A stretch of DNA of 64,000 nt from Gammaproteobacteria bacterium (GCA_965277715.1 OZ255836.1:4202767-4266766), one strand, 5' to 3'. Positions 9,889-19,644 are shown, counted from the stretch's first letter. Made by a program: numbers and translations. Notes: generated from the letters alone by a model not told the origin.

Positions 9889-11898
9889 TTGGCCACGCTG
9901 GCACGTGCTGACCAGGAATATATTCTCAACTGGGTAGAGCGCGTTGCCAGCACGAATATTGAGCTGGCCTATCGGCTCTCTTGCCAGGGTAAACGGGTGC
10001 TGGATGAAACCGACCGGTCAGTAATCGAGGCCTGGGCGCTGTTGGTGATGGATACCTATGATCGCAGTGGCCTGCGCAAAGCGATTGAAGTGATGGAGTC
10101 GCTGGATAATTTTGTCGCGGTCAATCACGCACGCGTCAATGGGCAGGCCTTGGAGGCGTGTGAGTCGGTGCTTATGGGGTTTGTCTGTGGCTTGTCGGGG
10201 CGGCGCCTACAGATACAGCATGGTGAATCGGTGTACACCGATACCGAAACCCTGTTTTTGCCGGAGCTGCAATCGGGCCTGCAAAATACCCAGGATAATT
10301 TTCTGCATTATAAAATCCAGACGACATTGCTGTGGGCGCAAACGCGTTTTGGCAGCTTTCGCAAACCCATCGTCGATGCGCTGCTGGCACGCGATGATGA
10401 AAAATTTACCGCCTTGTTTCACCTGTTTGAAACCTGCCGGTTGGAGGCGTGTATTGCGCGTGAGCTACCGGGCCTGTTTCGCGAATTGCTGCGAATAAAA
10501 GGCGAGCTGGGCTACACGCAGGAAGCTGCGTATTGGCCGCAAGTCGAGCCATTGCTGAGTGAGCCGTCTGCCACTGCTGCGCTGTCACTGGAATTGGCGG
10601 ATACGTATTTTGACCGGGATATACCGTTGCAAACGGCATGGCTGGATGCCCTGCAACTTGAGCAGATCGACGATTGTATGCGCCGTCGTATGGCGCGTGA
10701 AAAAGCCCTGCTGCGCTTATCACTAAAGAAAATCAGCGATGAACAGGTGCAGGAAAACCCGGGTGATGACGATGCCCCGGCGTTTCAGGCGCGGCTCGAC
10801 CCGGATGCAGACGAGCGGGATGAACTGGACGTGGAGATTATGGTGGGTGATCAACCCGTTCCACTGCCGGATACTGCATTGGCTGCGGTGCGTTCGATCA
10901 TGCTCGATCTCGGTAACATCCCCGATGATTATCTGGAACCGGCGGGGGCCGGTGAGTACGATCCCGCTTTGTTTGTCGAAGAGGAGGATGGGGCCGACGA
11001 TGTGTGGAGTGGCACTTACCACGAGCAGGGCGCGACGCTCTACCCTGAGTGGGATTTTCGCCGCCAGCACTACCGCAAAAACTGGTGTGCGGCGCGTGAA
11101 AAATCGGTGGCGCCGGTATACGACAATTTTGTACCCAAAACACTGAATAAATACCGGGGGTTAGTAAAGCACCTGCGCAAAACCTTTGAAGCAATGCGTG
11201 ATGTCGACCGTTTGCTGAAGCGCCAGCCGGATGGTGATGGCATTGATATCGACGCCCTGGTCGAGGCGCTGGCAGATGCCCACGAGGGCGCGGAAATGAG
11301 TGATCGTCTGTTTACCCGCATGTACCGCAATGAGCGCAATATCGCCGTGGTGTTTATGGTCGATATGAGTGGCTCGACCAAAGGCTGGATCAACGATGCC
11401 GAGCGCGAATCGTTGGTATTACTGTGTGAATCGCTGCAAACACTGGGTGACCGCTATGCGATTTATGGTTTTTCCAGCGTGACCCGCAAACGCTGTGAAA
11501 TTTATCATATCAAACACTTTCACGAGCATTACAGCGATGAAGTGCAGGCGCGTATCAGTGGCATCGAACCGCAGGACTATACGCGCATGGGGTTCGCTAT
11601 TCGCCACCTCACGCATTTATTAAAGCAGGTCGATGCGCGCACGCGAATATTGATTACCCTGTCTGATGGCAAGCCGGACGATTACGATCACTACCGGGGC
11701 GAATTTGGTATCGAAGACACGCGTCGGGCGTTAATTGAAGCGCGCCGGGATGGCATTCACCCGTACTGCATTACAATCGATGAAACAGCGCGGGATTATC
11801 TGCCGAGGCTGTATGGGCCAGCGGCCTATACGGTGGTGAAAGAAGTGCGCGATCTGCCGGTAAAGGTGTCCGATATTTACCGGCGTTTGACGACGTGA
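9889..11898 (+). CDS. NorD/CbbO-like von Willebrand factor A domain protein
   Basis: 669-aa ORF with a C-terminal VWA domain and a MIDAS-like VVFMVDMSGST. It lies directly downstream of the CbbQ/NorQ ATPase, the usual partner arrangement. Confidence 0.8.
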   Translation: MATLARADQEYILNWVERVASTNIELAYRLSCQGKRVLDETDRSVIEAWALLVMDTYDRSGLRKAIEVMESLDNFVAVNHARVNGQALEACESVLMGFVCGLSGRRLQIQHGESVYTDTETLFLPELQSGLQNTQDNFLHYKIQTTLLWAQTRFGSFRKPIVDALLARDDEKFTALFHLFETCRLEACIARELPGLFRELLRIKGELGYTQEAAYWPQVEPLLSEPSATAALSLELADTYFDRDIPLQTAWLDALQLEQIDDCMRRRMAREKALLRLSLKKISDEQVQENPGDDDAPAFQARLDPDADERDELDVEIMVGDQPVPLPDTALAAVRSIMLDLGNIPDDYLEPAGAGEYDPALFVEEEDGADDVWSGTYHEQGATLYPEWDFRRQHYRKNWCAAREKSVAPVYDNFVPKTLNKYRGLVKHLRKTFEAMRDVDRLLKRQPDGDGIDIDALVEALADAHEGAEMSDRLFTRMYRNERNIAVVFMVDMSGSTKGWINDAERESLVLLCESLQTLGDRYAIYGFSSVTRKRCEIYHIKHFHEHYSDEVQARISGIEPQDYTRMGFAIRHLTHLLKQVDARTRILITLSDGKPDDYDHYRGEFGIEDTRRALIEARRDGIHPYCITIDETARDYLPRLYGPAAYTVVKEVRDLPVKVSDIYRRLTT

Positions 11899-11905
11899 CA
11901 GAGGG

Positions 11906-13174
11906 TTATTCGGTTACCGCGAGCTTAATGCAGACGACCAGTGCGTTGAGCGCCTGCTCTAATTCGTCGAGTGAGGGAAAGGTGGGTGCAATCCGAATAT
12001 TGCTATCGTGTGGGTCTATCCCATAGGGGAAGGGTGCGCCGGGCGCTGTCAATTTAATACCGGCTTCAGCCGCTAAGCGAATGATTTTTTTAGCATAACC
12101 ATCGGGCACATCTACGTTAACAAAGTATCCGCCCTGTGGTTTGCTCCACCTGGCGATATTCATCGCGCCCAATTCCCGTTCGAAAATGTCATTTACCCGA
12201 TCAAATTTGGGCTTTAGCAGTTGCGCGTGTTTCTCCATGTGCGCGTTGAGTGCCGATAGGTTACTGAATAAGTTTAAATGCCTGAGTTGATTCACCTTAT
12301 CTGGCCCGATGCTTTGAACACCGATATGTGTTTTAGCGTTGGCCACATTGGCAGCACTACCCGCCATCGCCGCGACCCCTGAGCCTGCATAACTGATTTT
12401 TGAAGTGGATGCAAAATGCACCACTCTATTTGGGTGTCCGGCTGTGTCTGCGTGTTTTGAAATATTTTCCAATACCGGTCGGTGACCGCTAAAGTGATGC
12501 ACTGCGTAGGCGTTGTCCCACATTATCCTGAAGTCTGGCGCTGCACATTTCATCCGGGCGAGCCGCTGAACGGTCTCCCGGCTGTAACAGACTCCTGTTG
12601 GGTTACTGTATTTGGGCACACACCATATGCCTTTGATCGTGTCATCTGCGGCAACAAGCGATTCCACTTTATCCATATCGGGGCCAAAATCATTCATATC
12701 CACGGGTATTAACTTAAACCCAAGGTGCTCGGTAATCAGAAAGTGTCGGTCGTAACCTGGTGTAGGGCACAGAAACTTTCGTTCAGTGATGTTATTCCAG
12801 GGACCGTTACCGTCAACCACACCGAATTGGCACGCCCGGCTTAAGACTTCGTACATCATGGTCAAACTGGAGTTTCCACCGACAATCACATTTTCCGGTT
12901 GGACATCGAGTATCTCCGCGAACAGTTTTTTCATCGCGGGTAATCCATCCAGGCCGCCGTAGTTGCGCGCATCAACGCCATTGCTATCAATGCAGCGCTC
13001 TGGGGATAAAGCGAGCATCCCATCGGATAATGCCAGCTGAGCTGTAGAGGGTTTACCGCGTGTTAAATCCAGTGATAGTTTTAACGTTTTGATACGCTCG
13101 TAATCATCGATGTATTGTTGGCGCTGCCCGGGTTGGCATTGGCTGGCAAGTTGGTTTTTGATTTTAACAGGCAT
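11906..13174 (-). CDS. PLP-dependent aminotransferase (class I/II fold)
   Basis: 422-aa ORF with a PLP-lysine region ASTSKISYAGSG. The overall pattern matches fold-type I aminotransferases. Confidence 0.75.
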   Translation of the reverse strand: MPVKIKNQLASQCQPGQRQQYIDDYERIKTLKLSLDLTRGKPSTAQLALSDGMLALSPERCIDSNGVDARNYGGLDGLPAMKKLFAEILDVQPENVIVGGNSSLTMMYEVLSRACQFGVVDGNGPWNNITERKFLCPTPGYDRHFLITEHLGFKLIPVDMNDFGPDMDKVESLVAADDTIKGIWCVPKYSNPTGVCYSRETVQRLARMKCAAPDFRIMWDNAYAVHHFSGHRPVLENISKHADTAGHPNRVVHFASTSKISYAGSGVAAMAGSAANVANAKTHIGVQSIGPDKVNQLRHLNLFSNLSALNAHMEKHAQLLKPKFDRVNDIFERELGAMNIARWSKPQGGYFVNVDVPDGYAKKIIRLAAEAGIKLTAPGAPFPYGIDPHDSNIRIAPTFPSLDELEQALNALVVCIKLAVTE

Positions 13175-13408
13175 ATTCAGGTGTGCTTTTTGTTATTTAG
13201 GGATAGTGGTGGTTTTATTCTAGTGGTTCACCCTGCAATTGTTCACCACCGCCAGTTGAGGGGGGTTATGAAAGTGGTAAATGATCAGCGAGAAAATGGG
13301 ACATTACAGTGGCCCATCAACAATCCATGGCTATAACACAAGGGCACATACTAACTGTTCTCATTATGGATTTTCAATATTCGTTGACGCATAAGTGTTA
13401 GGTATTCG

Positions 13409-14479
13409 TTACTCGCCTTGTACAACAGCCTGGCTTTCAAGGTAGGAGATTGGCGGGTATTGGGGTGGGTAGTTTTTGTCGTAACATGTTGGCAGGCACG
13501 CCATTTTATAGTCTGCGTTAGCATTAAAGAAAAACGGAATGGAGTAACGCGGGCTATCACTGGTATTGTTGTTGGCAAAATGCTTGACGCTGACAAATAA
13601 ACAATTTGACCACTGTTTAAGTAATTCACCGGTATTAACGATAAAAGCATCTTCAATAACCGGCGCGTGAATCCAGCACTGTCTTTTTTCACTGTAGATA
13701 ACCAGGCCGGGGCTATCTTGTGCCAGTATTGTGAAGAAGGTGGTGTCAACGTGTGGCGCAATACCGTATTCATCTGTTTGGGTTTTAGGAATGGCCGGGT
13801 AACGTGTCATCCGCAAACGGTACATGGGGGACGTAAATGCAGGGGTGAAGAAGTCTTGTTTGAGGTTGAGTGCGCGTGCGTAAATCGGTAGCAGTCGCTT
13901 GGCCAGTTTTTCTATTTGTTTTGCGTAGTGGCCAATATTTTCCCGAAAGTGGGGCAGTTGGTTTTCCTCTGGCCATTGGTTGTCATTCAGGGTCGTTTGG
14001 TGATCCCGCTTTAGTACAAATGCCTCATTGAGATTACCCTTGTCACGGGTGGGCAATTTGCGGTTTTTGACGGGGAGATAACCCACTCCCTTGATTGGCC
14101 AGTCGGGCCGGTCCATGAGCAGTGAATGCTTTATTGGCAATGGTAGTGCGTGAAATCGTTGCGCTTCGGCGAAGGTTTGTTTCAGTAGACCTTCGGGAAA
14201 CTGGTGACCGATAATGGAGCAAAAACCAACGTGTAAGCAGGCTTCGCACAATTGGGTGGCGATGGTTTCCAGCGCTGACTGGCTTTGCGTGGTGAAATAC
14301 TCGCTGACATCGATCAGTGGAATGTCACCAGCTTGTGCTGTTTGCACCTGACTGGTATCCCAGCTACGCGATTCATTGCGCAGTTGTGCCTCTTTTTTAT
14401 ATGGGTCGAACGTGTCGACAGTGGTGGATGTTGTTGCGTTATTATGAGGTGAGGCGGTCATCAGTGATTGCTCTGTCAT
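13409..14479 (-). CDS. 2-oxoglutarate/Fe(II)-dependent oxygenase (isopenicillin N synthase family)
   Basis: 356-aa ORF with the HxD motif HVDTTFFTIL, a distal His in VKHFANNN, and RYSIPFF (RxS). Confidence 0.8.
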   Translation of the reverse strand: MTEQSLMTASPHNNATTSTTVDTFDPYKKEAQLRNESRSWDTSQVQTAQAGDIPLIDVSEYFTTQSQSALETIATQLCEACLHVGFCSIIGHQFPEGLLKQTFAEAQRFHALPLPIKHSLLMDRPDWPIKGVGYLPVKNRKLPTRDKGNLNEAFVLKRDHQTTLNDNQWPEENQLPHFRENIGHYAKQIEKLAKRLLPIYARALNLKQDFFTPAFTSPMYRLRMTRYPAIPKTQTDEYGIAPHVDTTFFTILAQDSPGLVIYSEKRQCWIHAPVIEDAFIVNTGELLKQWSNCLFVSVKHFANNNTSDSPRYSIPFFFNANADYKMACLPTCYDKNYPPQYPPISYLESQAVVQGE

Positions 14480-14768
14480 AAATATCGTTGAGTGACGCTA
14501 TGCTTTGTAACATATCGTTGAATAAATCGGGGAGTACTTGCGCCTTGGGTGGCATGTAGTCAGTGCCGACAATGGTGACACCTCCACAGCGAAAACACCC
14601 CCGTTCAAGTGCTTCTTCCCTGGCGGCAACAGCGTGCAAGGTCATGTTGATACCCCCCAGTTGCACAGCGTCATAGACGAATGTGGCAAGCTCCCGTTTC
14701 GCCAGCGCCAGGGCTTTGGGTTTGTTGACGGTCATCGCATTTAAATCAGCGTTTTTCATGCTATGCAA
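14442..14768 (-). CDS. Hypothetical protein
   Basis: 108-aa ORF, co-directional with the oxygenase gene and overlapping its annotated start by 38 nt. No family recognised. Confidence 0.4.
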   Translation of the reverse strand: MHSMKNADLNAMTVNKPKALALAKRELATFVYDAVQLGGINMTLHAVAAREEALERGCFRCGGVTIVGTDYMPPKAQVLPDLFNDMLQSIASLNDIYDRAITDDRLTS

Positions 14769-14840
14769 CTATCTACGTTATGGTGATGTTAGTCAAATAG
14801 GCGGTTATTTCCTCTCTCTCCTCTTCCCCCGGGTTTCTTG

Positions 14841-14869
14841 TTGACATGGCAAGCTGTTATTTATAGTAT
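14841..14869 (+). promoter_or_regulatory. Sigma70-type promoter for the peroxiredoxin-like/TetR operon
   Basis: TTGACA (14841-14846), a 17-nt spacer, then TAGTAT (14864-14869). It lies about 40 nt upstream of the ATG at 14909, which has a GGGAG ribosome-binding site. Confidence 0.55.
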
Positions 14870-14872
14870 TCT

Positions 14873-14886
14873 GGAACGTTCGTTCC
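14873..14886. promoter_or_regulatory. Palindromic operator candidate GGAACGttCGTTCC
   Basis: Perfect 6+6 inverted repeat immediately downstream of the -10 box. The TetR-family gene is the second gene of this operon. Confidence 0.45.
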
Positions 14887-14908
14887 ATTATTGCGGGAGT
14901 TGTTTTTT

Positions 14909-15454
14909 ATGTCATCACGTACTTCATTAATGCCGCGTGAGGCGGTACCTTCTTTGGCATTACCGCTGGTAGGCGGTGACCATTGGTCACTGGCGGATCA
15001 GCAGCCGGAAAATTTTACGCTGATAGTGTTTTACCGTGGCCGACATTGCCCTATTTGTTCGATGTATCTTGGTGATTTGAACCGTAAAGCGGCCGATTTT
15101 GCCGCACGCGGTGTAACGATTGTTGTTGCATCCACCGACGGTGAGGCACGCGCAGCCGATGCTAAAAGTGAGTGGAAACTTGAAAACCTGGCGGTTGCCT
15201 ATGGTATGAGTATCGAAAAAGCCCGTGAGTGGGGTTTGTATGTTTCTGCCAGCCGTGGCAAAACGTCTATCGGTATCGAAGAGCCTGCACTGTTTGGCGA
15301 GCCGGGCGTGTTTTTGATACGCCCCGACCAAACGCTGTATTACGGTGCCACGCAGACCATGCCTTTTGCCCGTCCTGGGTTTGCCGATTTGTTAAAGGCT
15401 GTTGAATTTGCCGTTGATAAAGATTACCCAGCGCGTGGGGAAGTGGCGGGCTGA
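14909..15454 (+). CDS. Peroxiredoxin-like (AhpC/TSA/redoxin family) protein
   Basis: ORF 14891-15454; the ATG at 14909 is preferred because of the RBS. It has a thioredoxin-fold pattern with HCPICSMY (CxxC-like) after FYRG. Confidence 0.7.
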   Translation: MSSRTSLMPREAVPSLALPLVGGDHWSLADQQPENFTLIVFYRGRHCPICSMYLGDLNRKAADFAARGVTIVVASTDGEARAADAKSEWKLENLAVAYGMSIEKAREWGLYVSASRGKTSIGIEEPALFGEPGVFLIRPDQTLYYGATQTMPFARPGFADLLKAVEFAVDKDYPARGEVAG

Positions 15455-15487
15455 TTTGTTTGATGCCTACACGGTTGCGTATTAATT

Positions 15488-16084
15488 GTGGCCAGAACGA
15501 AGCATTTTGACCGGGATACTGCACTTGAAGCGGCGATGACGCTCTTTTGGAAACGGGGGTATCACGCCACGTCGGTGCAGATGCTGGTCGATGCCACTGG
15601 GTTGAGTCGATCCAGCCTCTACGCGTCATTTGGTGATAAGCAGGTTTTGTTTTTGGCCGCTATTGAGCTGTATTTGGAAAGTGTAAACCGGGCGCGTATT
15701 GCTCAGATGATGGCGAGTGAATCGCCGCGTGATGGGATCGAGCAGTTTTTTAATGACATGATTGATTTTTCAACCGGTAAGGGTAAGCGGTTGGGGTGTC
15801 TGCTGACAAATTCCGCTATCGAGTTTGGGCGGGGTGACGGTGAGGTTCAAGCGAGAATTTTCGGGGTTTTTAGTTCCGTTGAGAGTGCCTTTGCAAAAAC
15901 AGTTGCCAGAGGGCAGGCGCGCAAAGAGATTGCGACGGCACAAAGCCCTCAGGCGATGGCACGTTTTTTAATGACGCTGGTGCAGGGGGTAAGGGTAATG
16001 TCCCAGGTCAATCCAAAAAAGGCATGGTTGCGTAGTGCGCTGGCTGTTGGTTTGGGGGTTATCGATCATCAGCAGGCGGTATAA
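15488..16084 (+). CDS. TetR/AcrR-family transcriptional regulator
   Basis: 198-aa ORF with an N-terminal HTH (FWKRGYHATSVQMLVDATGLSRSSLYASFGDK) typical of TetR. Confidence 0.9.
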   Translation: MARTKHFDRDTALEAAMTLFWKRGYHATSVQMLVDATGLSRSSLYASFGDKQVLFLAAIELYLESVNRARIAQMMASESPRDGIEQFFNDMIDFSTGKGKRLGCLLTNSAIEFGRGDGEVQARIFGVFSSVESAFAKTVARGQARKEIATAQSPQAMARFLMTLVQGVRVMSQVNPKKAWLRSALAVGLGVIDHQQAV

Positions 16085-16098
16085 GTTATTGTTATTTT

Positions 16099-16266
16099 TT
16101 ATTTGGATGTACGATTTTTTATCGATTGCACCACGTCTACAGACACCAGAATTATTACAAAGGTGACAATGGCAATAAAAGGCAGCTCGCCGATGGATTC
16201 GGCCAGCCCGCCTACGAAGGCGATAAAGACGATAGCTGATAAAATACTGCTGATTATATTGTCCAC
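16099..16266 (-). CDS. Small hydrophobic protein (55 aa), not in ORF track
   Basis: A GTG start gives MDNIISSILSAIVFIAFVGGLAESIGELPFIAIVTFVIILVSVDVVQSIKNRTSK, which has two predicted TM segments. It lies 33 nt downstream of the amidase stop on the same strand. Confidence 0.35.
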   Translation of the reverse strand: MDNIISSILSAIVFIAFVGGLAESIGELPFIAIVTFVIILVSVDVVQSIKNRTSK

Positions 16267-16299
16267 GGGATTCTCATTTTGTTTAATTGGATTGCGGGT

Positions 16300-17625
16300 T
16301 TATTCTTCAATCTGTTGCAACAGCCAGCGTGCCGTTCTGAACAGTCTGGCATCGTCACCCCTGGCCGCGACTAATTGTGCCCCAACCGGCAAACCGCCTG
16401 ACCCCTGGAATAGGGGGAGATTAAGGGCTGGCATACCGCACAATGTCCACAAGGTGCAGAATGCCGGGTCACCTGTGGTGCGTATACCCGGTGCCTCGCC
16501 TGCTGCTGAGGGGGTCAGTATTGCATCGTAATCTTCCAATATGCTGTTTAAAAGCAAGGTGTAGATTTCAATTCGCTCTATGGCGTTGTTGTAATCTGTG
16601 GCCAGTATGCGCTGCCCGCTTTCGATCATTTCACGCAGTTTTTCGCTCAATTGGTCTGCACCATCGCGGTGGTAGCGGGAGAAGTTTTTTGCCAGGTCGG
16701 CTTCCATAATAATACGCTGGTGTTCCAATGCGGTGTCGAATTCTGCTGCGAGGTCAACCACATCGACCGGTGAGCCGATGTGTTCGATCAGTTCTTTGAA
16801 GGCTTCTTTTGTCGCATCGTCCGCACGTTCCCAGACGGGGGTGCGAACAAAGGCGATGCGGGGCTCCACCGGTGGCGGCGTCGCCATAACCTGGCCAATA
16901 TAGGGCCGGGCTTGTGGGCGCATGGCCCTGTCCCTGGCATCGTAGACCATTAAGGTATCTGCAATTAGCGCGAGGTCGTCGAGGTTGCGCGCAAATACAC
17001 CGACTGTATCGAGCGCGTGGGATTGTTTGAGCACACCGTATCGGGAGATTCTGCCATAGCTGGGTTTGAAGCCGAATACACCACAAAATGAGGCGGGGCG
17101 AATCACCGAGCCGTTGGTTTGTGTACCGACCGCCAGGGGTGTCATATAGGCGGCCACGGCGGCGGCAGAACCGCTTGAGGAGCCACCGGGGGTGTGTGCA
17201 GGGTTGTGCGGGTTGCGGGTTTTACCGGGGGCGTATACCGCCAGTTCAGTGGTGACTGTTTTGCCCAGTATAATCGCGCCCGCTTCACGCAGTGTACCGA
17301 TCAAGCTGGCATCTGTGGACGGGGTTCTACCGGTGCACAGTGCCGTGCCGTATTCGGTGGGTAGGCTGGCGGTGTCGATAATGTCTTTAATACCGACGGG
17401 CACACCGTGTAATGGCCCGGTGGGCCTGCCGTGGCTGTGCAATTGGTCAGCCTGGCGTGCCTGCTCCAGGGCCAATCCGGCGTCGAGGTGCGCCCAGGCG
17501 CCGATGTCCGGCTCAAATTCACTGATTCTGTCGAGGCAGGATTGCACCAGTTGCCCGGCGGTGATGCTGCCTTCCCGGATAGCCTCAGCGGCTGCGGTGG
17601 CGCTAAGTTGATTACCCTGCATCAT
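16300..17625 (-). CDS. Amidase (amidase-signature family)
   Basis: 441-aa ORF with the AS motif GGSSSGSAAAVAA. The start overlaps the stop of the TRAP large permease. Confidence 0.9.
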   Translation of the reverse strand: MMQGNQLSATAAAEAIREGSITAGQLVQSCLDRISEFEPDIGAWAHLDAGLALEQARQADQLHSHGRPTGPLHGVPVGIKDIIDTASLPTEYGTALCTGRTPSTDASLIGTLREAGAIILGKTVTTELAVYAPGKTRNPHNPAHTPGGSSSGSAAAVAAYMTPLAVGTQTNGSVIRPASFCGVFGFKPSYGRISRYGVLKQSHALDTVGVFARNLDDLALIADTLMVYDARDRAMRPQARPYIGQVMATPPPVEPRIAFVRTPVWERADDATKEAFKELIEHIGSPVDVVDLAAEFDTALEHQRIIMEADLAKNFSRYHRDGADQLSEKLREMIESGQRILATDYNNAIERIEIYTLLLNSILEDYDAILTPSAAGEAPGIRTTGDPAFCTLWTLCGMPALNLPLFQGSGGLPVGAQLVAARGDDARLFRTARWLLQQIEE

Positions 17626-18974
17626 TATTTTCCAAACAGCGCTTCAGGCAGCCAAAGTACCAGTGACGGGACGTTGTATATAATTACCATCGCCAGAATC
17701 ACGATCAATAAATAAGGCATGATGCCGCGAAAGATTTCCATTAGCTGGATGTGGGGTGGGGCCACGCCTTTCAGGTAGTAGGCGGCCATCGCCATCGGCG
17801 GTGTCAGAAAGGAGGTCTGTAGATTGAGTGCCACCAATATACCAAAAAACAGCGGGTCGACGTTGAAGGTCGCCAGCATTGGCAGAAAGATCGGCACGAA
17901 GATAATGATGATCTCGGTCCACTCCAATGGCCAGCCCAGCAGAAAAATAATTGCCTGGGCGAGTATCAGAAAGCCCACGGTGCTGAGGTCGAGCGACAGT
18001 ACCCATTGGTTAATCAGTTCGTGCCCACCGAGGTAGGAGAATACGGCGGCAAACGTCCACGAGCCAACAAACAACCAGCACACCATCGCCGAGGTTTTGG
18101 CGGTGAGGTAAACCGCTTCTTTCAGGCGTTCCCAGGAGAGTGTGCGGTACAGTGCCGCCAGGAGCAGGCCGCCAAAAGCGCCGACGCCAGCCGCTTCAGC
18201 CGGTGTTGCCAGCCCTAGCAGGATGGCGCCCAGGACGCTCAGTATCAGTATCGCCAGTGGCACAAATGAGGTGAGTAACTCCCACAGAATTTTACCCATT
18301 GGGGGAATGTCCTCTTCGCGTGGCTTCGGCGCCAGCGAAGGGTTGAGTGCCGCACGACCAACGACATAGATCATATACATGCCCGCCAGCATCAGGCCGG
18401 GGATCATGGCGGCGGCGTATAAGCGCAAGGGCGATATTTCGGCTATCGCCGAGTAGACGATGAGCATGATAGACGGTGGAATCAGAATGCCAAGACAGCC
18501 CCCGGCGCAAATCACACCCGTGGCAAAACGGTGGTCGTAACCCGCTTTGAGCATGGCGGGCAGGGCCAGCATGCCCATCAGGGTGACCACTGCGCCAATG
18601 ATGCCCGTCGCGGTGGCAAACACTGAGCAAGTGACCAGCGCGGCCACTGCCATAGAGCCAGGCAGGTTGCGGGCGGCGAGCTGGATGCTGAAAAACAGGC
18701 GGTTAACGATGTTGGCGCGCTCAACCACGTAGCCCATGAATAAGAATAGCGGTACGGCTACCAGCACGTCGTTAGACATGACGGAAAAGGTATTTTGTAC
18801 AAATAAATCAAAAATGCGGTTATCGAATAAGTGATCCATACGAAAGGGGTCGTAGTAGGCGTAGTAGCCAAAACCGATGCCCATAGCGATCAGGGTGAAG
18901 GCGATTGGAAAGCCGAGCAGAACCATGAAGATAAACAGGCCCAGCATCATAATGGCGATTTGTGGGTCGGTCAT
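17625..18974 (-). CDS. TRAP transporter large permease (DctM family)
   Basis: 449-aa polytopic membrane ORF typical of DctM. It is coupled (ATGA overlap) to the upstream small permease. Confidence 0.9.
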   Translation of the reverse strand: MTDPQIAIMMLGLFIFMVLLGFPIAFTLIAMGIGFGYYAYYDPFRMDHLFDNRIFDLFVQNTFSVMSNDVLVAVPLFLFMGYVVERANIVNRLFFSIQLAARNLPGSMAVAALVTCSVFATATGIIGAVVTLMGMLALPAMLKAGYDHRFATGVICAGGCLGILIPPSIMLIVYSAIAEISPLRLYAAAMIPGLMLAGMYMIYVVGRAALNPSLAPKPREEDIPPMGKILWELLTSFVPLAILILSVLGAILLGLATPAEAAGVGAFGGLLLAALYRTLSWERLKEAVYLTAKTSAMVCWLFVGSWTFAAVFSYLGGHELINQWVLSLDLSTVGFLILAQAIIFLLGWPLEWTEIIIIFVPIFLPMLATFNVDPLFFGILVALNLQTSFLTPPMAMAAYYLKGVAPPHIQLMEIFRGIMPYLLIVILAMVIIYNVPSLVLWLPEALFGK

Positions 18975-19558
18975 GATGCCTGCTCCTGGTGTTGTGCCGT
19001 TTGTTGTTCACGCATCAGCCTGGTTTCTGTTTCCTGCACATCGTGAAGCCGGGCGGGCCACTGGCCGGTTTTTATACAGATAATGCAGCGTACCGACTCG
19101 GCGAATCCCTGTAATAGTACTAACAGACCGGCAATTGGAATTAACGATTTGAAAAAGTAGATCTGGATGCGCGAGGGGCTGCTCCAGCTCACTTCTTTGT
19201 AAAACCAGGAATCTGAGGCGAACCAGTAACCGTAGTAAAGCAGTGCTACAGCACCTGGCGCCAGAAACAGGATGTATAGCACCAAATCGATACTGGCTTG
19301 TACCCGTAGTGGCAGCAGGCGGTAAACCACATCACCGCGCACGTGTGCACCCTGTGACAATGCGTAGGCACCGGCCATCATAAACAGCGCGCCGTACATT
19401 TGTACGCTCATATCGAAAGCCCACACGGTGGGGGCATTGAGCACGTAGCGAACGAACACTTCGTAGCAGGTGGAAAATGTCAGGATAAGGATGCACCAGG
19501 CGAATGTTTTACCCATCCAGGCACTGAGGTTATCGATAAAGTGGAGTAGTCGGGTCAT
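18971..19558 (-). CDS. TRAP transporter small permease (DctQ family)
   Basis: 195-aa ORF with four hydrophobic segments, positioned between the DctP-like and DctM-like genes. Confidence 0.8.
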   Translation of the reverse strand: MTRLLHFIDNLSAWMGKTFAWCILILTFSTCYEVFVRYVLNAPTVWAFDMSVQMYGALFMMAGAYALSQGAHVRGDVVYRLLPLRVQASIDLVLYILFLAPGAVALLYYGYWFASDSWFYKEVSWSSPSRIQIYFFKSLIPIAGLLVLLQGFAESVRCIICIKTGQWPARLHDVQETETRLMREQQTAQHQEQAS

Positions 19559-19582
19559 GGCGGGATACCGCAGAGGGAAGGC

Positions 19583-19620
19583 GTAAAAAACGAGGGGTGG
19601 TGCAAAAAGGCACCACCCCT
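19583..19620 (-). terminator. Intercistronic intrinsic terminator/attenuator between dctP-like and dctQ-like genes
   Basis: The minus-strand RNA reads AGGGGTGGTGC-cuuuuu-GCACCACCCCU (11-bp perfect stem) followed by CGUUUUUU. Confidence 0.7.
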
Positions 19621-19644
19621 GTCAAACACTTATGCACAGGCTTC

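Noticed and set aside
13351-13773. 140-aa minus-strand ORF overlapping the 3' part of the oxygenase gene
   Set aside because: It is an alternative frame of the well-supported 2OG oxygenase ORF, with no independent motif support.
16103-16531. 142-aa plus-strand ORF
   Set aside because: It overlaps the amidase 3' end and the 55-aa minus-strand membrane ORF, and its composition is that of a shadow frame.
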